A stretch of 64,000 nucleotides of DNA, taken from NCBI RefSeq assembly GCF_009914755.1, contig NC_060933.1; one strand, given 5' to 3'. The position numbers and the translations under genes are program-made. This stretch comes from the human T2T-CHM13v2.0 reference genome, Homo sapiens. Below, piece after piece: positions 1-16,159 of this stretch (positions are counted from its first letter, which is position 1; each line of letters starts with the position of its first letter). Below the pieces are notes generated by a model. That model was not told the DNA's origin. It did not search any database and was given only the letters and a program-made list of their open reading frames with translations.

Positions 1-3000
1 GGAATGGAATCGAATGGAATGGAATGGAATGGAATGGAATCAACCCGAGTACAGGGGAATGTAATGCAAAAGAATGCAATGGAATGGAATCATCCGGAAT
101 GGAATGGAATGGAATGGAATGGAATGGAATGGAATGGAATGGAATCAACCCGAGTGCAATGGAATGGAGTGGAATGGAATGGAATGGAATGGAACAACCC
201 GAATGGAATGGAATGTTATGGAGAGTAAGGGAGTTGAATAGAATCACTCCGAATGTAATGGAATGGAACGGAATGGAATGGAATGGAATGGAATGGAATG
301 GAATGGAATGCAATGGAATGGAATCAACCCGAGTACAATGGAACGGAATGGAATGTAATGTAATGGAATGGAATGGAATGGAATGGAATGGAATGGAATG
401 GAATGGAATCAACCCGAGTGCAATGGAATGGAGAGGAATGGACTGGAATGGAATGGAAACTACCCGAATGGAATGGAATGTAATGGAGCGTAAGGGAATT
501 GAATAGAATCAATCCGAATGGAATGGAATGGAATGGAACGGAATGTAATGGAATGGAATGAAATGGAATCAACCCGAGTGCAGGCGAATGGAATGGAATG
601 GAATGCAATGGAATGGAATCATCCGGAATGGAATGGAATGGAATGCAATGGAATGGAATGGAATGGAATCAACCCGAGTGCAATGGAATGGAGTGAAATG
701 GAATGGAATGGAATGGAAACAACCAGAATGGATTGGAATATATTGGAGTGTAAGGGAATGGAATAGAATCAATCTGAATGTAATGAAATGGAATGGAACG
801 GAATGGAATGGAATGGAATGGAATGCAATGGAATGGAATCAACCCGAGTGCAATCGAATGGAATCGAATGGAATGGAATGCAATGGAATGGATTCAACTT
901 GAATGGAAAGGAAAGAATGGAATCAACACGAGTGGAATGGCATGGATTGGAATGGAATGGAATGGAATCAACCCGAGTACAGGGGAATGGAATGGAATGG
1001 AATGCAATAGAATGGAATCATCAGTAATGGAATGGAAAGGAATGGAAAGGACTGGAATGGAATGGAATGTAATGGAATGGAATGGAATCAACTCGATTGC
1101 AATCGAATGGTATGGAATGGAATGGAATCAACTCGATTGCAATCGAATGGAATGGAATGGAATTAACCCGAATAGAATGGAATGGAATGGTATGGAATGG
1201 AACGGAATGGAATGGAATGGAATGGAATGGAACGGAAAGGAATGGAATGGAATGGAATGGAATGGAATGGAATCAACGCGCGTGCAGGGGAATGGAATGG
1301 AATCGAATGGAATGGAAAGGAATGGAATGGAATCAACACGAGTGCAGGGGAATGTAATGGAACGGAATGCAATGGAATGGAATCATCCGGAATGGAATGG
1401 AATGGAATGGAATGGAATGGAATGGAATGGAATCAACCCGAGTGCAATGGAATGGAGTGGAATGGAATGGAATGGAATGGAACAACCCGAATGGAATGGA
1501 ATGTAATGGAGAGTAAGGGAGTTGAAAAGAATCAATCCGAATGTAATGGAATGGAATGGAACGGAATGGAATGGAATGGAATGGAATGCAATGTAATGGA
1601 ATCAACCCGAGTACAATGGAATGGAATGGAATGGAATGGAATGGAATGGAATGGAATGCAATGGAATGGAATCTTCCGGAATGGAATGGAATGGAATGGA
1701 ATGGAATGGAATGGAATGCAATGGATTCAACTCGATTGCAATGGAATGGAATAGAATGGAATGGAATGGAATGGAATGGAATGGAATTAAACCGAATAGA
1801 ATGGAATGGAATGGAATGGAACGGAACAGAACGGAAAGGAACGGAACGGAGTGGAATGGAATGGAATGGAATTGTATGGAATGGAATGGAATGGTACGGA
1901 ATAGAATGGAATGGAAAGAATTGGAATGGAATGGAATCGAATGGAATGGAATGGAATGGAATGGAATCAACCCGAGTGCAAGGGAATGTAATGGGACGGA
2001 ATGCAATGGAATGGAATCATCCGGAATGGAATGGAATGGAATGGAATGGAATGGAATGGAATGGAATGGAATGCAATGGAATGGAATCAACCCGAGTACA
2101 AAGGAACGGAATGGAATGTAACGGAATGGAATGGAATGGAATGGAATGGAATGGAATGGAATCAACCCGAGTGCAATGGAATGGAGAGGAATGGTATGGA
2201 ATGGAATCCAATGGAATGGAATCATCCGGAATGGAAAGGAATGGAATGGAATGCAAAGCAATGGAATCAACTCGATTGCAATGGAATGGAATGGAATGGA
2301 AAGGAATACATTGGAATCAACCCGAGTGGAATGGAATGGAAAGGACTGGAATGGAGTGGAATGGAATGGAATGGAATGGAATCAACTCGATTGGAATGGA
2401 ATGGAATGGAATGGAATGGAATGGAATGGAATGGAATTAACCCGAATAGAATGGAATGGAATGGAATGGAACGGATCGGAATGGAATGGAATGGAATGGA
2501 ATGGAAGGGAATGGAATGGAATGGAAACAACCCGACTGCAGGGGAATGGAATGGAATGGAATGGAATGGAAGGACACGGAATAGAATGCAATGGAACGAA
2601 ATGGAATGGAATGGAATGGAATGGAATGGAATGGAATGGAATCGTTCCGAGTGGAATAGGAGGGAATGTATTCGAGTGGAATGGAAAGGAATGGAATCAA
2701 CCAGAGTGGAATGGAAAGGAATGGAATGGAATGGAAACTAATAGAATGGAATCAACCCGAGTGGAATGGAATGGAAAGGACTGGAATGGAATGGAATGGA
2801 ATGGAATCAACTCGATTGTAATGGAATGGAATGGAATGGAATGGAATGCAATGGAATGGAATGGAATTAACCCGAATACAATGCAATGGAATGGAATGGA
2901 ACGGAATGGAGTGGAACGGAATGGAATCAACCCGAGTGCAGGGGAATGGAATGGAATGGAATGCAATGGAATGGAATCATCCGGAATGGAATGGAATGGA

Positions 3001-6000
3001 ATGGAATGCAAAGCAATGGAATCAACTCGATTGCAATGGAATGGAATGGAATGGAAAGGAATACATTGGAATCAACCCGAGTGGAATGGAATGGAAAGGA
3101 CTGGAATGGAGTGGAATGGAATGGAATGGAATGGAATCAACTCGATTGGAATGGAATGGAATGGAATGGAATGGAATGGAATGGAATTAAACCGAATAGA
3201 ATGGAATGGAATGGAATGGAACGGAACGGAATGGAATGGAATGGAATGGAATGGAATGGAATGGAATGGAAACAACCCGACAGCAGGGGAATGGAATGGA
3301 ATGGAATGGAAACAACCCGACTGCAGGGGAATGGAATGGAATGGAATGCAAAGGAATGGATTCAACTTGACTGAAATGGAAAGAATGGAATCAACACGAG
3401 TGGAATGGCATGGATTGGAATGGAATGGAATGGAATCAACCCGAGTACAGAGGAATGGAATGGAATGGAAAGCAATGGAATGGAATTATCCGTAATGGAA
3501 TGGAAAGGAATGGAATGGAATGGAATGGAATGGAATGGAATGGAATCAATTCGATTGCAATCGAACGGAATGGAATGGAATTAACCCGAATAGAATGGAA
3601 TGGAATGGAATGGAATGGAACGGAACGGAATGGAATGTATTGGAATGGAATGGAATGTAATGGAATGGAACGGAAAGGAATGGAATGGAATGGAATGGAA
3701 TGGAATGGAATGGAATGGAATCAACGCGAGTGCATGGGAATGGAATGGAATGGAATGCAATGGAATGGAATCTTCCGGAATGGAATGGAATGGAATGGAA
3801 TGGAATGGAATGGAATGGAATAAACCCGAGTGCAATGGAATGGAGTGAAATGGAGTGGAATGGAATGGAACAACCCGAATGGAATGGAATGTAATGGAGA
3901 GTAAGGGAGTTGAATAGAATCAATCCGAATGTAATGGAATGGAATGGAACGGAATGGAATTGAATGGAAAGGAATGGAATGGAACGGAATGGAATCAACC
4001 CGAGTTCAATGGAATGGAGAGAAATGGAATGGAATGGAATGGAAACTACCCGAATGGAATGGAATGGAATGGAGTCTAAGGGAATTGAATAGAATCAATC
4101 CGAATGTAATGGAATGGAATGGAACGGAATGGAATGGAATGGAATGGAATGGAATGGAATGGAATGCAGTGGAATGGAATCAACCCGAGTGCAATCGAAT
4201 GGAATCGAATGGAATGGAATGCAATGGAATGGATTCAACTTGAATGGAATGGAAAGAATGGAATCAACACGAGTGGAATGGCATGGATTGGAATGTAATG
4301 GAATGGAATCAACCCGAGTACAGCGGAATGGAATGGAATGGAATGCAATGGAATGGAATCATCCGTAATGGAATGGAAAGGAATGGAATGGAATGGAATG
4401 GAATGGAATGGAATCAACTCGATTGCAATCGAATGGAATGGAGTGGAATTAACCCGAATAGAATGGAATGGAATGGAATGGAACGGAACGGAACGGAATG
4501 GAATGGAATGGAATGGAATGGAATGGAACGGAAAGGAAGGGAATGGAATGGAATAGAATGGAATGGAATGGAATCAACGCGAGTGCAGGAGAATGGAATG
4601 GAATGCAATGCAATGGAATGGAATCTTCCGGAATGGAATGGAATGGAATGGAATGGAATTGAATGGAATCAACCCGATTGCAATGGAATGGAGTGGAATG
4701 GAATGGAATGGAATGGAACAACCCGAATGGAATGGAATGTAATGGAGAGTAAGGGAGTTGAATAGAATCAATCCGAATATAATGGAATGGAATGCAACGG
4801 AATGGAATTGAATGGAATGGAATGGAATGCAATGGAATGGAATCAACCCGAGTGCAATGGAATGGAGAGAATTGGAATGGAATGCAATGGAAACTACCCG
4901 AATGGAATGTAATGGAGTGTAAGGGAATTGAATAGAATCAATCCGAATGTAATGGAATGGAATGGAACGGAATGGAATGGAATGGAATGGAATGGAATGG
5001 AATGCAATGGAATGGAATCAACCCGAGTGCAATCAAATGGAATCGAATGGAATGGAATGCAATGGAATGGATTCAACATGAATGGAATGGAAAGAATGGA
5101 ATCAACACGAGTGGAATGGCATGGATTGGAATGGAATGGAATGGAATCAACCCGAGTACAGGGGAATGGAATGGAATGGAATGCAATGGAATGGAATCAA
5201 CCGTAATGGAATTGAAAGGAATGGAATGGAATGGAATGGAATGGAATGGAGTGGAATGGAATGGAATGGAATCAAATCGATTGCAATCGAATGGAATGGA
5301 ATGGAATTAACCCGAATAGAATGGAATGGAATGGAATGGAACGGAACGGAATGGAATGGAATGGAATGGAATGGAATGGAACGGAACGGAATGGAATGGA
5401 ATGGAATGGATTCAACGCGAGTGCAGGGGAATGGAATGGAATGGAATGCAATGGAATGGAATCTTCCGGAATGGAATGGAATGGAATGGAATGGAATGAA
5501 ATGCAATGGAGTCAACTCGATTGCAATGGAATGAAATAGAATGGAATGGAATGGAATGGAATGGAATTAATCCGAATAGAATGGAATGGAATGCAATGGA
5601 ACGGAATGGAACGGAATGGAATGGAATGGAATGGAATGGAATTGTATGGAATGGAAAGGAATGGTACGGAATAGAATGGAATGGAACGAATTGAAATGGA
5701 ATGGAATTGAATGGAATGGAATGGAATGCAATGGAATCAACGCGAGTGCAGGGGAATGTAACGGAAAGGAATGCAATGGAATGGAATCATCCGGAATGGA
5801 ATGGAATGGAATGGAATGGAATGGAATCAACCCGAGTGCAATGGAATGGAGTGGAATGGAATGGAATGGAAGGGAACAACCAGAATGGAATTGAATGTAA
5901 TGGAGAGTAAGGGAGTTGAATAGAATGAATCCGAAAGTAATGGAATGGAATGCAACGGAATGGAATGGAATGGAATGGAATGGAATGCAATGGAATTGAA

Positions 6001-9000
6001 TCAACCCGAGTACAATGGAATGGAATGGAATGGAATGGAATGGAATGGAATGGAATGGAATGGAATGATGCGGAATAGAATGGAATGGAACGAAATGGAA
6101 TGGAATGGAATCAACCCGAGTGCTGGGGAATGGAATGGAATGGAATGCAATGGAATGGAATCATCCGGAATGGAATGGAATGGAATGGAATGCAAAGCAA
6201 TGGAATCAACTCGATTGCAATGGAATGGAATGGAATGGAAAGGAATACATTGGAATCAACCCGAGTGGAATGGAATGGAATGGACTGGAATGGAGTGGAG
6301 TGGAATGGAATGGAACGGAATAGAATCAACTCGATTGGAATGGAATGGAATGGAATGGAATTAACCCGAATAGAATTGAATAGAATGGAATGGAACGGAA
6401 CGGAACGGAACGGAATGAAATGGAATGGAATGGAATGGAATGGAATGGAATCAACCCGACTGCAGGGGAATGGAATGGAATGGAAAGCAATGGAATGGAT
6501 TCAACTTGAATGGAATGGAAAGAATGGAATCAACACGAGTGGAATGGCATGGATTGCAATGGAATGGAATGGAATCAACCCGAGTGGAATGGAATGGAAA
6601 GGACTGGAATGGAGTGGAATGGAATGGAATGGAATGGAATGGAATCAACTCGATTGGAATGCAATGGAATGGAATGGAATGGAATTAACCCGAATAGAAT
6701 GGAATGGAATGGAATGGAACGGAACGGAATGGAATGGAATGGAATGGAATGGAATGGAATGGAATCAACCCGACTGTAGGGGAATGGAATGGAATGGAAG
6801 GCAATGGAATAGATTCAACTTGAATGGAATGGAAAGAATGGAATCAACACGAGTGGAATGGCATGGATTGGAATGGAATGGAATGGAATCAACCCGAGTA
6901 AAGCGGAATGGAATGGAATGGAATGCAATGGAATGGAATCATCCGTTATGGAATGGAAAGGAATGGAATGGAATGGAATGGAATGGAATGGAATGGTATG
7001 GAATGGAATCAACTCGATTGCAATCGAATGGAATGCAATGGAATTAACCCGAATAGAATGGAATGGAATGGAATGGAACGGAACGGAATGGAATGGAATG
7101 GAATGGAATGGAACGGAAAGGAATGGAATGGAATGGAATGGAATGGAATGGAATGGAATGGAATCAACGCGAGTGCAGGGGAAAGGAATGGAATCGAATG
7201 GAATGGAAAGGAATGGAATGGAATCAACCCGAGTGCAGGGGAATGTAATGGAACGGAATGCAATGGAATGGAATCATCCGGAATGGAATGGAATGTAATG
7301 GAATGGAATCAACCCGAGTGCAATGGAATGGAGTGGAATGGAATGGAATGGAATGGAACAACCCGAATGGAATGGAATGTAATGGAGAGTAAGGGAGTTG
7401 AAAAGAATCAATCCGAATGTAATGGAATGGAATGGAACGGAATGGAATGGAATGGAATGGAATGGAATGGAATGGAATGCAATGGAATGGAATCAACCCA
7501 AGTACAATGGAATGGAATGGAATGGAATGGAATGGAATGGAATGCAATGGAATGGAATCTTCCGGAATGGAATGGAATGGAGTGGAATGGAATGGAATGG
7601 AATGCAATGGATTCAACTCGATTGTAATGGAATGGAATAGAATGGAATGGAATGGAATGGAATGGAATGGAATGGAATTAAACCGAATAGAATGGAATGG
7701 AATGGAATGGAATGGAACAGAACGGAACGGAACGGAACGGAGTGGAAAGGAATGGAATGGAATTGTATGGAATGGAATGGAATGGTACGGAATAGAATGG
7801 AATGGAAAGAATTGGAATGGAATGGAATGGAATGGAATGGAATGGAATCAACCCAAGCGCAATGGAATGGAGTGGAATGGAATGGAATGGAATGGAACAA
7901 CCCGAATGGAATGGAATGTAATGGAGAGTAAGGGAGTTGAACAGAATCAATCCGAATGTAATGGAATGGAACGGAATGGAATGGAATGGAATGGAATGGA
8001 ATGGAATGGAATGGAATGCAATGGAATGGAATCAACCCGAGTACAACGGAACGGAATGTAATGTAATGTACTGTAATGGAATGGAACGGAATGGAATGGA
8101 ATTGAATCAACCCGAGTGCAATGGAATGGCGAGGAATGGAATGGAATGGAATGGAAACTACCCGAATGGAATGGAATGTAATGGAGTGTAAGGGAATTGA
8201 ATAGAATCAATCCGAATGGAATGGAATGGAATAGAACGGAATGTAATGTAATGGAATGGAATGGAATCAACCCGAGTGCAGGGGAATGGAATGGAATGGA
8301 ATGCAATGGAATGGAATCATCCGGAATGGAATGGAATGGAATGCAATGGAATGGAATGGAATGGAATCAACCCGAGTGCAATGGAATGGAGTGAAATGGA
8401 ATGGAATGGAATGGAGACAAACAGAATGGATTGGAATATAATGGAGTGTAAGGGAATTGAATAGAATCAATCTGAATGTAATGAAATGGAATGGAACGGA
8501 ATGGAATGGAATGGAACGGAATGGAATGGAGTGGAATGCAATGGAATGGAAGCAACCCGAGTGCAATCGAATGGAATCGATTGGAATGGAATGCAATGGA
8601 ATGGATTCAACTTGAATGGAATGGAAAGAATGGAATCAACACGAGTGGAATGGCATGGATTGGAATGGAATGGAATGGAATCAACCCGAGTATAGGGGAA
8701 TGGAATGGAATGGAATGCAATGGAATGGAATCATCCGTAATGGAATGGAAAGGAATGGAATGGAATGGAAGGGAATGGAATGGAATCAACTCGATTGCAA
8801 TCGAATGGAATGGAATGGAATTAACCCGAATAGAATGGAATGGAATGGAATGGAACGGAACGGAATGGAATGGAATGGAATGGAATGGAATGGAATGGAG
8901 TGGAACGGAAAGGAAGGGAATGAAATGGAATAGAATGGAATGGAATGGAATCAACGCGAGTGCAGGGGAATGGAATGGAATGGAATGTAATGGAATGGAA

Positions 9001-12000
9001 TCTTCCGGAATGGAATGGAATGGAATGGAATGGAATGGAATGGAATGGAATGGAATCAACCCGAGTGCAATGGAATGGAGTGGAATGGAATGGAATGGAA
9101 TGGAACAACCCGAATGGAATGGAATGTAATGGAGAGTAAGGGAGTTGAATAGAATGAATCCGAATGTAATGGAATGGAATGGAACGCAATGGAATTGAAT
9201 GGAATGGAAAGGAATGCAATGGAATGGAATCAACCCGAGTGCAATGGAATGGAGAGGAATGGAATGGAATGGAATGGAAACTACCCGAATGGAATGGAAT
9301 GTAATGGAGTGTAAGGGAATTGAATAGAATCAATCCGAATGTAATGGAATGGTATGGAACGGAATGGAATGGAATGGAATGGAATGGAATGGAATGGAAT
9401 GGAATGCAATGGAATGGATTCAACTTGAATGGAATGGAAAGAATGGAATCAACACGAGGGGAATGGCATGGACTGGAATGGAATGGAATGGAATCAACCC
9501 GAGTACAGGGGAATGGAATGGAATGGAATGCAATGGAATGGAATCATCCGTAATGGAATGGAAAGGAACGGAATGGAATGGAATGGAATGGAATGGAATG
9601 GAATGGAATGGAACGGAACGGAATGGAATGGAATGGAATGGAATGGAATGGAATCAACGCGAGTGCAGGGGAATGGAATGGAATGGAATGCAATGGAATG
9701 GAATCTTCCGGAATGGAATGGAATGGAATGGAATGGAATGAAATGCAATGGATTCAACTCGATTGCAATGGAATGGAATAGAATGGAATGGAATGGAATG
9801 GAATGGAATTAATCCGAATAGAATGGAATGGAATGGAATGGAACGGAATGGAATGGAATGGAATGGAATGGAATGGAATGGAATGGTTTGGAATGGAATG
9901 GAATGGTACGGAATAGAATGGAATGGAACGAATTGTAATGGATTGGAATTGAATGGAATGGAATGGAATGGAATGGAATCAACGCGAGTGCAGGGGAATG
10001 TAATGGAACGGAATGCAATGGAATGGAATCATCCGGAATGGAATGGAATGGAATGGAATGGAATGGAATCAACCCGAGTGCAATGGAATGGAGTGGAATG
10101 GAATGGAATGGAATGGAACAACCCGAATGGAATGGAATGTAATGGAGAGTAAGGGAGTTGAATAGAATCAATCCGAATGTAATGGAATGGAATGCAACGG
10201 AATGGAATGGAATGGAATGGAATGGAATGCAATGGAATTGAATCAACCCGAGTACAATGGAATGGAATGGAATGGAATGGAATGGAATGGAATGGAATGG
10301 AATGGAATGATACGGAATAGAATGGAATGGAACGAAATGGAATGGAATAGAATAGAATGGAATGGAATGGAATGGAATGGAATGGAATTGTTCCGAGTGG
10401 AATAGGAGGGAATGTATTCGAGTGGAATGGAAAGGAATGGAATCAACCAGAGTGGAATGGAAGGGAATGGAATGGAATGGAAACTAATAGAATGGAATCA
10501 ACCCGAGTGGAATGGAATGGAAAGGACTGGAATGGAATGGAATGGAATGGAATGGAATGGAATGGAATCAACTCGATTGTAATGGATTGGAATGGAATGG
10601 AATGGAATGGAATGGAATGGAATGGAATGGAATTAACCCGAATACAACGGAATGGAATGGAATGGAACGGAATGGAGTGGAATGGAATGGAATCAACCCG
10701 TGTGCAGGGGAATGGAATGGAATGGAATGCAATGGAATGGAATCATCCGGAATGGAATAGAATGGAATGGAATGCAAAGAAATGGAATCAACTCGATTGC
10801 AATGAAATGGAATGGAATGGAAAGGAATACATTGGAATCAACCCGAGGGGAATGGAATGGAAAGGACTGGAATGGAGTGGAATGGAATGGAATGGAATGG
10901 AATAGAATCAACTCGATTGGAATGGAATGGAATGGACTGGAATGGAATGGAATGGAATTAACCCGAATAGAATGGAATGGAATTAAATGGAAAGGAACGG
11001 AATGGAATGGAATGGAATGGAATGGAATCAACCCGACTGAGGGGGAATGGAATGGAATGGAATGGAATGCAATGGAATGGATTCAACTTGAATGGAATGG
11101 AAAGAATGGAATCAACACGAGTGGAATGGCATGGATTGGAATGGAATGGAATGGAATCAACCCGAGTACAGGGGAATGGAATGGAATGGAATGCAATGGA
11201 ATGGAATCATCCGTAATGGAATGGAAAGGAATGGAATGGAATGGAATGGAATGGAATGGAATGGAATCAACTCGATTGCAATGGAATGGAATGGAATGGA
11301 ATTAACCCGAAAAGAATGGAATGGAATGGAATGGAACGGAACGGAACGGAATGGAATGGAATGGAATGGAATGGAATGGAATGCAATGGAATGGAACGGA
11401 AAGGAATGGAATGGAATGGAATGGAATGGAATGGAATGGAATGGAATGGAATGGAATCAACGCGAGTGCAGGGGATTGGAATGTAAGGGAATGCAATGGA
11501 ATGGAATCTTCCGGAATGGAATGGAATGGAATGGAATCAACCCGAGTGCAATGGAATGGAGTGGAATGGAATGGAATGGAATGGAACAACCCGAATGGAA
11601 TCGAATGTAATGGAGAGTACGGGAGTTGAAAAGAATCAATCCGAATATAATGGAATGGAATGGAACGGAATGGAATTGAATGGAATGGAATGGAATGCAA
11701 TGGAATGCAGTCAACCCGAGTGCAATGGAATGGAGAGGAATGGAATGGAATGGAATGGAAACTACCCGAATGGAATGGAATATAATGGAGTGTAAGGGAA
11801 TTGAATAGAATTAATCCGAATGTAATGGAATGGAATGGAACGGAATGGAATGGAATGGAATGGAATGGAATGGAATGGAATGCAATGGAATGGAATCAAC
11901 CCGAGTGCAATCGAATGGAATCGAATGGAATGGAATGCAATGGAATGGATTCAACTTGAATGGAATGGAAAGAATGGAATCAACACGAGTGGAATGGCAT

Positions 12001-15000
12001 GGATTGGAATGGAATGGAATGGAATCAACCCGAGTACAGGGGAATGGAATGGAATGGAATGCAAAGGAATGGAATCATCCGTAATGGAATGGAATGGAAT
12101 GGAATGGAATGGAATGGAATGGAATCAACTCGATTGCAATCGAATGGAATGGAATGGAATTAACCCAAATAGAATGGAATGGAATGGAATGGAATGCAAC
12201 GGAACGGAACGGAATGGAATGGAATGGAATGGAATGGAACGGAACGGAACGGAATGGAATGGAATGGAATGGAATGGAATGGAATCAACGCGAGTGCAGG
12301 GGAATGGAATGGAATGGAATGCAATGGAATGGAATCTTCCGGAATGGAATGGAATGGAATGGAATGGAATGAAATGCAATGGATTCAACTCGATTGCAAT
12401 GGAATGGAATAGAATGGAATGGAATGGAATGGAATGGAATTAACCTGAATAGAATGGAATGGAATGCAATGGAACGGAATGGAACGGAATGGAATGGAAT
12501 GGAATGGAATGGAATGGAATGGTATGGAATGGAATGGAATGGTACGGAATAGAATGGAATGGAAAGAATTGTAATGGAATGGAATTGAATGGAATGGAAT
12601 GGAATCAACGCAAGTGCAGGGAAATGTAATGGAACGGAATGCAACAGAATGGAATCATCCGGAATGGAATGGAATGGAATGGAATGGAATGGAATCAACC
12701 CGAGTGCAATGGAATGGAGTGCAATGGAATGGAATGGAGTGGAATTGAATGGAATTGAATGGAACAACACGAATGGAATGGAATGTAATGGAGAGTAATT
12801 GAGTTGAATAGAATCAATCTGAATGTAATGGAATGCAACGGAATGGAATGGAATGGAATGGAATGGAATGCAATGGAATGGAATCAACCCGAGTACAATG
12901 GAATGGAATGGAATGGAATGGAATGGAATGGAATGGAATGGAATGGAATGCCTTCAAACCGAATGGAATGGAAAGGAATGGAATCAACACGAGTGGAATG
13001 GAATGGAATGGAATGGAATGGAATGGAATGATACGGAATAGAATGGAATGGAACGAAATGGAATGGAATGGAATGGAATGGAATGGAATGGAACGGAATG
13101 GAGTGGAATGGATTGGAATCAACCCGAGTACAGGGGAATGGAATGGAATGGAATGCAATGGAATGGAATTAACCCGAATAAAATGGAATGGAATGGAATG
13201 AAACGGAATGGAGTGGAATGGAATGGAATCAACCCCAGTGCAGGGGAATGGAATGGAATGGAATGCAATGGAATGGAACCATCCGGAATGAATTGGAATT
13301 TAATGGAATGCAAAGCAATGGAATCAACTCGATTGCAATGGAATGGAATGGAATGTAAAGGAATACATTGGAATCAACCCGAGTGGAATGGAATGGAAAG
13401 GACTGGAATGGAGTGGAATGGAATGGAATGGAATGGAATGGAATCAACTCGAATGGAATGGAATGGAATGGAATGGAATGGAATGGAATGGAATGGAATG
13501 GAATTAACCCGAATAGAATGGAATGGGATGGAATGGAACGGAATGGAACGGAATGGAATGGAATGGAATGGAATCAACCCGACTGCAGGGGAATGGAATG
13601 GAATGGAATGCAATGGAATGGATTCAACTTGAATGGAATGGAAAGAATGGAATCAACACGAGTGGAATGGCATGGATTGGAATGGAATGGAATGGAATCA
13701 ACCCGAGTACAGGGGAATGGAATGGAATGGAATGCAATGGAATGGAATCATCCGTAATGGAATGGAAAGGAATGGAATGGAATGGAATGGAATGGAATGG
13801 AATCAACTCGATTGCAATCGAATGGAATGGAATGGAATTAACCCGAATAGAATGGAATGCAATGTAATGGAACGGAACGGAACGGAATGGAATGGAATGG
13901 AATGGAATGGAATGGAATGGAACGGAAAGGAATGGAATGGAATGGATTGGAATGGAATGTAATGGAATCAACGCGAGTGCAGTGGAATGGAATGGAATGG
14001 AATGCAATGGAATGGAATCTTCCGGAATGGAATGGAATGGAATGGAATGGAATGGAATGGAATGGAATAAACCCGAGTGCAATGGAATGGAGTGGAATGG
14101 AATGGAATGGAATGGAACAACCCGAATGGAATGGAATGTAATGGAGAGTAAGGGAGTTGAATAGAATCAATCCGAAAGTAATTGAATGGAATGGAACGGA
14201 ATGGAATTGAATGGAATGGAATGGAATGCAATGGAATGGAATCAACCCGAGTGCAATGGAATGGAGAGGAATGGAATGGAATGGAGTGGAAACTACCCAA
14301 ATGGAATGGAATGTAATGGAGTGTAAGGGAATTGAATAGAATCAATCCGAATGTAATGGAAAGGATTGGAACGGAATGCAATGGAATGGAATGGAATGGA
14401 ATGGAATGCAATGGAATGGAATCAACCCGAGTGCAATCGAATGGAATCGAATGGAATGAAATGCAATGGAATGGAATCAACTCGATTGCAATCGAATGGA
14501 ATGGAATGGAATTAACCCGAATAGAAAGTAATGGAATGGAATGGAAAGGAACGGAACGGAATGGAATGGAATGGAATGGAATGGAACGGAACAGAATGGA
14601 ATGGAATGGAATGGAATGGAATCAACGCGAGTGCAGGGGAATGGAATGGAATGGAATGCTATTGAATGGAATCTTCCGGAATGGAATGGAATGGAATGAA
14701 ATGCAATGGATTCAACTCGAATGCAATGGAATGGAATAGAATGGAATGGAATGGAATGGAATGGAATGGAATGGAATCGAATGGAATCAACTCGATTGGA
14801 ATGGAATGGAATGGAATGGAATGGAATTAACCCGAATAGAATGGAATGCAATGGAATGGAACAGAACGGAATGGAATGGAATGGAACGGAATGGAATGGA
14901 ATGGAATGGAATCAACCCGACTGCAGGGGAATGGAATGGAAGGGAATGCAATGGAATGGATTCAACTTGAATGGAATGGAAAAAATGAAATCAACACGAG

Positions 15001-16159
15001 TGGAATGGCATGGATTGGAATGGAATGGAATGGAATCAACCCGAGTACAGGGGAATGGAATGGAATGGAATGCAATGGAATGGAATCATCCGTAATGGAA
15101 TGGAAAGGAATGGAATGGAATGGAATGGAATGGAATGGAATGGAATGGAATCAACTCGATTGCAATCGAATGGAATGGAATGGAATTAACCCGAATAGAA
15201 TGGAATGGAATGGAATGGAACGGAACGGAACGGAATGGAATGGATTGGAATGGAATGGAATGGAATGGAATGGAACGGAAAGGAATGGAATGGAATGCAA
15301 TGGAGTGGAATGGAATGGAATGGAATCAACGCGAGTGCAGGGGAATGGAATGGAATGGAATGCAATGGAATGGAATCTTCCGGAATGGAATGGAATGGAA
15401 TGGAATGGAATGGAATGGAATGGAATGGAATCAACCCGAGTGCAATGGAATGGAGTGGAATGGAATGGAATGGAATGCAACAACCCAAATGGAATGGAAT
15501 GTAATGGAGAGTAAGGGAGTTGAATAGAATCAATCCGAATGTAATGGAATGGAATGGAACGGAATGGAATTGAATGGAATGGAATGGAATGCAATGGAAT
15601 GGAATCAACCCGAGTGCAATGGAATGGAGAGGAATGGAATGGAATGGAATGGAAACTACCCGAATGGAATGGAATGTAATGGTGTGTAAGGGAATTGAAT
15701 AGAATCAATCCGAATGTGATGGAATGGAATTGAACGGAATGGAATGGAATGGAATGGAATGGAATGGAATGGAATGGAATGCAATGGAATGGAATCAACC
15801 CGAGTGGAATCGAATGGAATCAAATGGAATGGAATGCAATGGAATGGAATGGAATTAACCCGAATAGAATGGAATGGAATGGAACGGAACGGAATGGAAT
15901 GGAATGGAACGGAACGGAACGGAATGGAATGGAATGGAAAGGAAAGGAATGGAATGGAATGGAATGGAATGGAATGGAATGGAATGGAATGGAATGGAAT
16001 CAACGCGAGTGCAGGGGAATGGAATGGAATCGAATGGAATGGAAAGGAATGGAATGGAATCAACCCGAGTGCAGGGGAATGTAATGGAACGGAATGCAAT
16101 GGAAAGGAATCATCCGGAATGGAATGGAATGGAATGGAATGGAATGGAATGGAATGGAA

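Noticed and set aside
220-260. GAGAGTAAGGGAGTTGAATAGAATC and similar complex words as transposon remnants or G-quadruplex/telomeric motifs
   Set aside because: They stay in the 5-bp register as degenerate pentamers, have no terminal repeats or target-site duplications, and lack four clustered G-tracts or TTAGGG arrays.
5993-6004. GAATTGAATCA as a DUX4 site (also ~10235, ~20287, ~37202)
   Set aside because: It mismatches the TAAT start of the DUX4 consensus and is easily generated by one substitution in the pentamer.
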